NCBI GenBank assembly: GCA_035656195.1
Contig: DASRSZ010000051.1
Location: 4,361-68,360 of the forward strand
Source of the DNA: Candidatus Cybelea sp.
GTDB taxonomy: Bacteria > Vulcanimicrobiota > Vulcanimicrobiia > Vulcanimicrobiales > Vulcanimicrobiaceae
Length of the DNA: 64,000 nt
Direction of reading: 5' to 3'
Part shown: positions 57,327-64,000 of the stretch, piece after piece
Layout of the letters: each line of letters begins with the position of its first letter
How positions within the stretch are numbered: position 1 is the first letter of the stretch
Notes under the pieces: generated by a model
What the model saw: only the letters and a program-made list of their open reading frames with translations
Databases searched by the model: none
Told to the model about the DNA's origin: nothing
Position numbers and translations under genes: made by a program

Positions 57327-58426
57327 CGCGCGAACCCATCGCGACATGGCTGCGCGACGTCGTTGCTCGCGCCGGTTTTTCCGGCGTTGACGAATTCGTA
57401 CGCGCCTTTGATTTGAAGCCGTATCGGCTTCGGCAGCTCTACCACGCGGCGACCAAAGAGCTGCTCGGCGGGGTTGGCGAGGTGACGACGCTGCCGAAAG
57501 AATTACGCGGCGCGCTGATCGAGCGCGGAGTTGCGTTCTCGGCGATCGAGCCGGAGCTGCTACAACATTCGCGCGATCATCAAACAACCAAAGGTCTCTT
57601 TCGGCTGCACGACGGCAAGGAAGTCGAAGCAGTGCTGATGGAGCACCGCGGCGATCGCACCACGCTTTGCATCTCGTCGCAAGCCGGCTGCGCCTTTGCG
57701 TGCGCCTTCTGCGCGACCGGACAGGGCGGATTCAGCCGCAATCTCACCGCCGGCGAGATTTTCGATCAGGCGTGGTTCTTCGCACGGGAGCTTGCGGCGA
57801 GCGGCAAAAGGATCACGAACATCGTGTACATGGGCATGGGTGAGCCGTTCCACAACTACGACGCCGTGATGGACTCGGTCGCGCTGCTCAACGATCCGCG
57901 CGGCTTCGGCCTGGGCCATCGCCACATCACGATTTCGACTGTCGGGCTCGCCGATAAAATCGATGCCTTTGCCGACGAACATCTGCAGGTCAACTTAGCG
58001 ATCTCGCTGCACGCCCCCACCGACGAGCTGCGGTCGCAGTTGATGCCGGTGAATCGCCGCTTTCCCCTTCCCATGTTGATGGCCGCCTGCGAGCGCTACG
58101 CCGCCAAGACGCGACGGAAGGTTTTCTTCGAATACGTGATGCTGTCAGGCGTTAACGATGACAATGCAAGCGCGCATGCGTTAGCGAATCTCATGCGAGG
58201 GCGGCTCTACCACGTCAACCTGATTCCCTACAATCCAACACCGGACGCGCCGTACGTCGCGACTCCCGAGGCGCGGATCTGGGAGTTTGCCGGGGTTCTC
58301 GATGCGGCGGGCGTGCCGGTTACGGTGCGTCAGAACATGGGCCGCGACATCACCGCCGCCTGCGGCCAGCTGCGGGCCGACTCTCAGCCTAAGGCACACC
58401 AGTCTGCAGCGGCGGTGCTAACGTAA
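57323..58426 (+). CDS. rlmN: 23S rRNA / tRNA adenine-C2 methyltransferase RlmN (radical SAM)
   Basis: 'ISSQAGCAFACAFCATGQGGFSRNLTAGEI', 'NIVYMGMGEP' and 'CGQL'. The GTG start overlaps the UDG stop (GTGA). Confidence 0.9.
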   Translation: MTREPIATWLRDVVARAGFSGVDEFVRAFDLKPYRLRQLYHAATKELLGGVGEVTTLPKELRGALIERGVAFSAIEPELLQHSRDHQTTKGLFRLHDGKEVEAVLMEHRGDRTTLCISSQAGCAFACAFCATGQGGFSRNLTAGEIFDQAWFFARELAASGKRITNIVYMGMGEPFHNYDAVMDSVALLNDPRGFGLGHRHITISTVGLADKIDAFADEHLQVNLAISLHAPTDELRSQLMPVNRRFPLPMLMAACERYAAKTRRKVFFEYVMLSGVNDDNASAHALANLMRGRLYHVNLIPYNPTPDAPYVATPEARIWEFAGVLDAAGVPVTVRQNMGRDITAACGQLRADSQPKAHQSAAAVLT

Positions 58427-58718
58427 CGATGCGCCGCATTGCTGCGACGCCTCGCTCCAGCCATCTTCCGTCCCTCGCGCTAGGCTTGCCGACAAGTCGC
58501 CAAAACCGTGTGAGTCTCCCGAGGTAACCTCGGAGCGCGTGCGAAAAACCGGTCGAGTGATTCGCGCACGGTGAAAGGTCTATCTGCTGATACTAGCACT
58601 TATAGCGATACAAAGCTTTGCATCAACGCCCCAGAGCGCCGCGATCGGCGCTCTGTACTCCGATCCCAAAAAGCCGGCCGTCGTTAAGCGCGTCAACCTC
58701 GTTGGCCCGTACGCCACC

Positions 58719-59195
58719 GTGCTGACGAATGGTGGAAGAATAGAAGGCTCGTACGTAACCGACCCGATCCTGCTGAAGCGCTTTTCATTCGGGTGGCAGC
58801 CGCTGGATTTGTTGAACTTCCGATGCCGTTTAGAATCGCATTCTCTTGGCATCAGCGTTGATGCTCTACTGATGAATGGAATGCCGCGGCCAACCGACGA
58901 TCGCCCCTGCCGCGGCTATTTCAAAGATGCGGGTCCACAGAGCGACGTCGAGAGCGTGCGCCGCGCGATGCGTGGTCCGCTCGTTCCGTACGTCGTTGTT
59001 TCCGGGGACTGGGCAATGGGCGAGTGGTACGGTGCCGGAGGAGGAGAATCGCTTTACAGGAAGCGCGACGGCCGCTGGGTGCTCGTGGTCAGCGGTGGCG
59101 GAGCGATGGGAGTCGATTATATGCGCAGGTATGGCGTTCCGCAATCAGCATGGTGTAAGTTTGGAATCTTCGATGCAAAGTGTCCTGGGAAATAA
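58719..59195 (+). CDS. Hypothetical protein, probably exported, with an uncertain 5' end
   Basis: An ORF with protein-like composition. The in-frame upstream sequence encodes a signal-peptide-like stretch but has no canonical start codon (see finding). Confidence 0.45.
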   Translation: MLTNGGRIEGSYVTDPILLKRFSFGWQPLDLLNFRCRLESHSLGISVDALLMNGMPRPTDDRPCRGYFKDAGPQSDVESVRRAMRGPLVPYVVVSGDWAMGEWYGAGGGESLYRKRDGRWVLVVSGGGAMGVDYMRRYGVPQSAWCKFGIFDAKCPGK

Positions 59196-59315
59196 GAACG
59201 AGGCGCCCGGGCCCTTCGACTGCGCCGCTGCGCGGCGCGCTCGGGATGACAACCCGGAGCTCACCTGAAGGCCTCTGGTGTTCGACTAGCAGAAAAACCG
59301 GAACGGTGACGATCT

Positions 59316-59564
59316 GTGCGACGTGTACAATCACGTTGGCTCGTTCGTCGCAACGGCCTCAACGACGAGAACGTCTATCTTCAAACCGAATGGTACAACG
59401 TCAATCTTTATTGGAATCTGCTCCGCGATGCGATCGCCCAGGTTCGCGAGAGTCGCCCTTACGTCTTCGAAAACTTCGAGTGGTTGGCGGCGCGAGCGCA
59501 GCGCTGGCGCGACGAGCACCCACATGGTGACTACCCGCCGGATCAGCCACGGACGATCGGCTGA
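59316..59564 (+). CDS. Hypothetical small Trp/Tyr-rich protein
   Basis: An 82-codon ORF (GTG start) whose composition is the most protein-like of three overlapping frames here. No family recognised. Confidence 0.35.
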   Translation: MRRVQSRWLVRRNGLNDENVYLQTEWYNVNLYWNLLRDAIAQVRESRPYVFENFEWLAARAQRWRDEHPHGDYPPDQPRTIG

Positions 59565-59610
59565 AACAACCTCGGGAACCCAAACGTAGGGATCGCAAGA
59601 GGGAATCGTC

Positions 59611-60024
59611 GTGGAGAAGACAGCCGACGTGTCAGTGGTTCGCCTATACCTGTTGCGGGCGTTCTACTTGCTGATAGCGGTCGGGCAAGGGTACGAACAA
59701 TGGCCGTTATTGGTCCACCACGCAACCGCATGGACTCTCTGGCAAGGCGTCGGTCACAGCATGCTCGGGGCGCTGGCGGCGTTGGCACTGCTGGGCGTTC
59801 GATATCCGCTGCAAATGCTGCCGCTGCTTTTCTATGAATTCGCTTGGAAGTCTATATGGATGCTTTCAGTTGCGCTGCCGCAGTGGGCCGCGCACCACGT
59901 AGACGCGTCTACGGCTGAGAACGTCATCGCGATCGGGGTGGGCGTGATTCTATGCCCGCTCGTGATTCCTTGGCCGTACGTGTTTGCGAATTACATAAAG
60001 AGGGCGGGGGACCGATGGAAATGA
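59611..60024 (+). CDS. Hypothetical 4-TM membrane protein
   Basis: Four hydrophobic segments. Length 137 aa. Confidence 0.5.
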   Translation: MEKTADVSVVRLYLLRAFYLLIAVGQGYEQWPLLVHHATAWTLWQGVGHSMLGALAALALLGVRYPLQMLPLLFYEFAWKSIWMLSVALPQWAAHHVDASTAENVIAIGVGVILCPLVIPWPYVFANYIKRAGDRWK

Positions 60025-60039
60025 ATTGAATGGGCTCCC

Positions 60040-60438
60040 ATGGCATCGTGGCGTGACGTGCGCCGGTATGCGCTTGCGCTACCCGGCGCGAGCGAAGAGA
60101 CTCACTTAAACGGCAAAGCCGCTTGGATCGTCAATAAGAAGTTCTTTGTGTGGGAGCGACCATTGCGCCCGGCCGACCTCGCAGCGCTCGGGAAACGTGC
60201 GCCCGCCGGACCGATCTTGGGCGTCCGCACCGCGGATCTTGAAATGAAGGAAGTCTTACTCGCGAGCGACCGCGGTGTTTTCTTCACGACACCGCACTTC
60301 GAGGGTTACCCGGCCGTGCTCGTCCGGCTCGAAAAACTTTCGGCTAGCAAACTCAAGGACCTGATTCTCGAGGCGTGGCTGGCGCGCGCCCCCAAGCGCG
60401 TTGTTACCGAATTCCTGCGGCGAAACGAGCAGCGTTGA
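60040..60438 (+). CDS. MmcQ/YjbR-like protein
   Basis: 'WRDVRRYALALPGASEE...KKFFVWERP...' and a length of 132 aa. The family call is from memory. Confidence 0.45.
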   Translation: MASWRDVRRYALALPGASEETHLNGKAAWIVNKKFFVWERPLRPADLAALGKRAPAGPILGVRTADLEMKEVLLASDRGVFFTTPHFEGYPAVLVRLEKLSASKLKDLILEAWLARAPKRVVTEFLRRNEQR

Positions 60439-61238
60439 AACTCCGCGGCAGAGTCGCCATCGTCACGGGCGCGTCGGGGGATATCGGATCGGCGACGGTA
60501 CGGGCATTTGCGGCGGCTGGCGCGCACGTCGTGCTTGCGGCTCCGGTTGGCGAGATCCATGTGCTCGATCGGCTCGCCAGCGAGGTCGAGCGCTGCGGCG
60601 TTCGCGCGCTCGTCGAGCCGACCGATGTGGCGATTCGCCGCGACATCGACCGGCTCGTGAGCGCGACCCTGGACGCATTCGAAACCATTGACGTTCTGGC
60701 GAATATCGCCGGCATCGGCTCGAGCCCGGCCTTATGCGACGATACCGATGAGGATCTCCGTCGGGTCGTCGAGGTGAATCTCCTCGGTTGCGCGCGCATG
60801 ATTCACGCCGTTCTACCGGTGATGAAAATGCAGCGACGGGGCGCCATCGTCAACGTTGGTTCCATTGCGGGCGAAGCAGGCGTCATGGGAATATACTCTG
60901 CGACAAAGTTTGGATTGCGCGGCCTGAGCGATACGGTTCGCCGCGAGGTGCACAGCTCGAACATTAGCGTGACGCTGATCGAACCGGGGTTCGTTCGCAG
61001 TCGCATGAACGTTGCAATGGGCGACGGATTGCCGAGCCCGGACATCGTTGCGCGGGCGGTGGTTCGCGCGGTGGCACGACCGCAGCGCCGCGTGATCGTG
61101 CCGCGATATTATGCGATACCGATCTTCATCGCAAAACTCTTTCCGGGGCTCATGGACCGCGTTTTCGGCGATGCACGCATTCAGCAGCGCCTCAATCGCG
61201 ACGCGCGCGCGGAACGGGCCGAGCGAATCACGCTGTGA
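60435..61238 (+). CDS. Short-chain dehydrogenase/reductase (SDR)
   Basis: 'VAIVTGASGDIGSA', 'NIAG' and 'YSATK'. TTG 60435 overlaps the upstream stop (TTGA). Confidence 0.8.
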   Translation: MKLRGRVAIVTGASGDIGSATVRAFAAAGAHVVLAAPVGEIHVLDRLASEVERCGVRALVEPTDVAIRRDIDRLVSATLDAFETIDVLANIAGIGSSPALCDDTDEDLRRVVEVNLLGCARMIHAVLPVMKMQRRGAIVNVGSIAGEAGVMGIYSATKFGLRGLSDTVRREVHSSNISVTLIEPGFVRSRMNVAMGDGLPSPDIVARAVVRAVARPQRRVIVPRYYAIPIFIAKLFPGLMDRVFGDARIQQRLNRDARAERAERITL

Positions 61239-62071
61239 GCGCGCCTTCGGGCGTCATCGTCAGCGGAGCGTCCACAGGAATCGGTGCGGCAACCGTTGCG
61301 CTCCTGGCTGGCTCGGGATACGTCGCTTTCGCCGGCGTTCGCAGCGAATCTGATGCGCAACGGCTGCGCTCGATGCACGAAAACGTTCGCCCCGTCTTCC
61401 TCGAGGTTACGGACGAAGCAAGCGTCGCGGCGGCGATTGACGACGTCGTCTCGAGCGGCACGCCGTTGCTCGGCGTCGTCGGCAATGCGGGCATCGCGCT
61501 GGGCGGCCCGCTGGAACTCATTCCGCCCTCGGAACTGCGTCGCCAATTCGACGTTAATGTCGTCGGCGCGCTGGCGCTCGCCCAAGCGGCGCTGCCGTAT
61601 CTTCCTTCGCCTGGTGGACGAATCGTTTTCGTCGGTTCGATCGCAGGGCGCTTGGCGATGCCGTACATCGCGCCGTACAGCGCTTCCAAATTTGCGCTTC
61701 GCGCGCTTTCCGACGCGTTGCGTATCGAGCTTGCACCTGCAAAAATCTTCGTATCGCTGATTGAAGCGGGCTCGGTGAATACGCCGATCTGGCGAAAGGG
61801 GCGTGAATCGCGCGATCGGATCGCCGCGTTGCTCGGCAGCAATGCGCGGCCCCATTACTATCGTGCGCTTGAAACGATCATGCGGACGACCGAAGTCGAA
61901 GAGCGCACCGGCATGCCGGCCGTACGCGTTGCGGAAGCGATTCTACACGCTTTGAGCGCCGCGCACCCGCGTGCGCGCTACGTCCTCGGCTCCGCTAGGG
62001 CCGCGAGTATCCTGGCTCTGCTACCATTGCGCTTGCGCGACCGGCTCCTCCGCGCCGTCCAAGGCTTTTAA
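61235..62071 (+). CDS. Short-chain dehydrogenase/reductase (SDR)
   Basis: 'VIVSGASTGIGAATV', 'NAG' and 'YSASK'. The GTG start overlaps the upstream stop (GTGA). Confidence 0.8.
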   Translation: MSAPSGVIVSGASTGIGAATVALLAGSGYVAFAGVRSESDAQRLRSMHENVRPVFLEVTDEASVAAAIDDVVSSGTPLLGVVGNAGIALGGPLELIPPSELRRQFDVNVVGALALAQAALPYLPSPGGRIVFVGSIAGRLAMPYIAPYSASKFALRALSDALRIELAPAKIFVSLIEAGSVNTPIWRKGRESRDRIAALLGSNARPHYYRALETIMRTTEVEERTGMPAVRVAEAILHALSAAHPRARYVLGSARAASILALLPLRLRDRLLRAVQGF

Positions 62072-62110
62072 GGGCGGGGGTTTCGCCCAGAGGCGATAAA
62101 TCTATCAAAA

Positions 62111-63454
62111 TTGATGGAAACCGCCCAATCGGCGCAACGCGTCAGCATGGAAGAGATCACGGCGCTTGCCAAGCGCCGCGGCTTCATCTTTCAATCGAGC
62201 GAAATCTATGGGGGCATCAACGGCTTTTGGGATTACGGGCCGCTGGGTGCGGTACTGAAGAACAACGTCAAGCGGGCGTGGTGGCGCGATACGGTCGAGC
62301 TTCGCGACGACGTAGTGGCGTTCGATTCGGCAATCGTCATGCACCCACTCGTCTGGAAGGCCTCGGGTCACGTCGATGCGTTCCACGACGTCATGATCGA
62401 TTGCAAGGTCTGCAAGCATCGCTTCCGACTCGACCACGTAACGGATCGCACGAAATGCCCAGATTGCGGCAGCAAAAATTCGTTTACCGAGCCGCGCACG
62501 TTCAATCTGATGATGCGGACTTCGGTCGGCCCGATGGAAGATACGTCCGCATTGGCGTACCTGCGCCCCGAGACGGCCCAGGGCATTTTTGTCAACTTCA
62601 AAAACATCTACCAAAGCGCGCGCAAGCGCCCGCCGTTCGGCGTAGCGCAAATCGGCAAGTCATTTCGCAACGAGATCACGCCCGGCAACTTCACGTTTCG
62701 CGTTCGCGAGTTCGAACAGGCCGAACTCGAGTACTTCGTGCCCAACGACGGCAAAGACATGGAAGCCTTTCATGAATGGGTCGAGCGGCGCAAAGCGTGG
62801 TACGCCGGCTACGGTATCGAGCCGGAACGGTTACGTTTCTACGAACTCACCGAATCGGAACGCCCGCACTACGCCAAGGCCGGCATCGACGTCGAGTATC
62901 TCTTCCCGTGGGGCTGGGGCGAGCTCGAGTCGATCGCGCATCGCGGCACGTACGATCTGGACGCGCACATGCGCCTCTCCGGCAAAGACTTGCAGTTCTT
63001 CGACGAGGCCACGAAAGCGCACTACACCCCGCTGCTCATCGAAAGCTCCGCCGGCATCGATCGCACGGTGCTGACCTTCATGATCGACGCCTTCGAGCGC
63101 GAGCGTAGCGTCGATCCCAACGGCAAAGAGACCGAACGAAACGTCCTGCGCTTTCATCCGCAAATCGCTCCCGTGCAAGCGGCGGTTTTTTCGCTCGCGC
63201 GCAATAAGCCGGAGCTCGTCGAACGTGCGGTCGGGATCGAAGCGGCGTTGCGCCCGACGTTGCGAACCCAGTACGATGAAGGAAACATCGGCCAACTCTA
63301 CCGCCGTCAAGATGAGATCGGCACACCGTTCTGCATCACGGTCGATTACGCGACGATCGATGACGGAACGGTAACAGTGCGCAACCGAGATTCGATGCAG
63401 CAGGAGCGCGTCGCCGCGGATGCGCTGGTAAGTTACCTCGGAGAGCGACTATAG
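62111..63454 (+). CDS. glyQS: Glycine--tRNA ligase (dimeric alpha2 type)
   Basis: 'RRGFIFQSSEIYGGINGFWDYGPLG', 'LRPETAQGIF', 'GKSFRNEITP' and an anticodon-binding C-terminus. Confidence 0.93.
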   Translation: MMETAQSAQRVSMEEITALAKRRGFIFQSSEIYGGINGFWDYGPLGAVLKNNVKRAWWRDTVELRDDVVAFDSAIVMHPLVWKASGHVDAFHDVMIDCKVCKHRFRLDHVTDRTKCPDCGSKNSFTEPRTFNLMMRTSVGPMEDTSALAYLRPETAQGIFVNFKNIYQSARKRPPFGVAQIGKSFRNEITPGNFTFRVREFEQAELEYFVPNDGKDMEAFHEWVERRKAWYAGYGIEPERLRFYELTESERPHYAKAGIDVEYLFPWGWGELESIAHRGTYDLDAHMRLSGKDLQFFDEATKAHYTPLLIESSAGIDRTVLTFMIDAFERERSVDPNGKETERNVLRFHPQIAPVQAAVFSLARNKPELVERAVGIEAALRPTLRTQYDEGNIGQLYRRQDEIGTPFCITVDYATIDDGTVTVRNRDSMQQERVAADALVSYLGERL

Positions 63455-64000
63455 TGCAGGTTGGAACAAAGTACGTCTACTTTTTCGAAGAAGGGCAGTC
63501 GGTAACGCTCCCGTCCGGCACATCGATCCGCGATCTTCTCGGCGGCAAAGGCGCGGGCTTGGCGGAGATGAGTGCCGCGGGCTTGCCGGTGCCGTCCGGC
63601 TTCACGATCACGACCGACGCTTGCCTGCGATTCTACGAAGCCGGCGGGGTCTTTCCGGAAGGCTTGCAAGAGCAAGTCGATGCGGCCATGAGCGAGCTCG
63701 AAGCGCATACCGGAAAGCGGTTTGGCTCGACCGATTATCCGCTGCTCGTTTCGGTGCGTAGCGGCGCGCGCGTGTCGATGCCCGGCATGATGGATACGGT
63801 GCTGAATCTCGGCCTCAACGATCGAACGGTCGAAGCGCTGGCGAAGCTTACCGGAAACGAACGCTTTGCGTGGGATGCATATCGCCGGTTCGTCATGATG
63901 TTTTCGAACGTCGTCTTAGGCATCGGTAAGGACCAGTTCGAAGAACTGATCGAGTCCGAGCGAAAATCGGGCGGCGCGCGGACCGATGCCGAGCTCGACG
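63454..64000 (+). CDS. ppdK: Pyruvate, phosphate dikinase, N-terminal part (runs off the window)
   Basis: I translated this by hand from GTG 63454: 'VQVGTKYVYFFEEG...LLGGKGAGLAEMSAAGLPVPSGFTITT...PLLVSVRSGARVSMPGMMDTVLNLGLND'. The frame stays open to nt 64000. Confidence 0.88.
   Translation, partial: MQVGTKYVYFFEEGQSVTLPSGTSIRDLLGGKGAGLAEMSAAGLPVPSGFTITTDACLRFYEAGGVFPEGLQEQVDAAMSELEAHTGKRFGSTDYPLLVSVRSGARVSMPGMMDTVLNLGLNDRTVEALAKLTGNERFAWDAYRRFVMMFSNVVLGIGKDQFEELIESERKSGGARTDAELD

Noticed and set aside
56361-57587. A 408-codon minus-strand ORF.
   Set aside because: It is antisense to ybjQ, UDG and the start of rlmN, all confidently recognised. Its Arg/Ala-rich composition marks it as a shadow ORF.
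62105-62650. A 181-codon minus-strand ORF.
   Set aside because: It is antisense to the highly conserved 5' part of glyQS and has shadow-ORF composition.

Overview
High-GC bacterial chromosomal segment, densely coded on both strands. I saw no rRNA, tRNA, CRISPR array, transposase, integrase or phage gene. The lineage cannot be assigned from sequence alone.

Left part (1-13.4 kb), housekeeping:
- PAP2 fragment
- futalosine-pathway menaquinone genes (radical-SAM MqnE-like, MqnA-like, radical-SAM MqnC-like)
- mnmA, a rodZ-like gene, yajQ, rimO
- an LCP protein, a polysaccharide deacetylase, secA

Right part (51.5-64 kb), also mostly housekeeping:
- prfB, with its +1 programmed frameshift site readable in the sequence
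- an OsmC-family gene, a DUF4242-cyclase fusion, a DUF2079 gene, a GT9 glycosyltransferase
- ybjQ, a family-4 UDG and rlmN, then two SDRs, glyQS and the 5' part of ppdK

The middle (13.4-51.5 kb) is accessory-looking and dominated by predicted exported proteins, most with a lipobox Cys, built from a few paralogous families:
- seven beta-propeller-like proteins: two NHL-like 'GNVxP' repeat proteins, a more distant NHL-like member, a three-member family, and one GloVer-repeat protein
- four AcpA/PlcN-like phosphoesterase paralogues with a divergent motif set
- two copies of a lipoprotein that may be EXORDIUM/PHI-1-like
- a glycine-rich (PF12810-like) lipoprotein
- two large STAND NTPase-TPR regulators, one cyclase-headed and one SARP-headed

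Things most worth a second look:
1. The ~16 kb lipoprotein island at 30.5-46.7 kb and its adjacent SARP-STAND regulator.
2. A signal-peptide-less protein with a GD|PH autocleavage-type motif and C-terminal 8-aa tandem repeats (50480-51454).
3. A low-GC islet holding a HEPN-motif ORF interrupted by an in-frame TAA (13645-14085).
4. A leader peptide plus intrinsic terminator in front of a DHA2 efflux gene.
5. A REP-like element, one copy of which supplies the C-terminus of a menaquinone gene.

All functional calls are motif recognition by eye. No database search was run.
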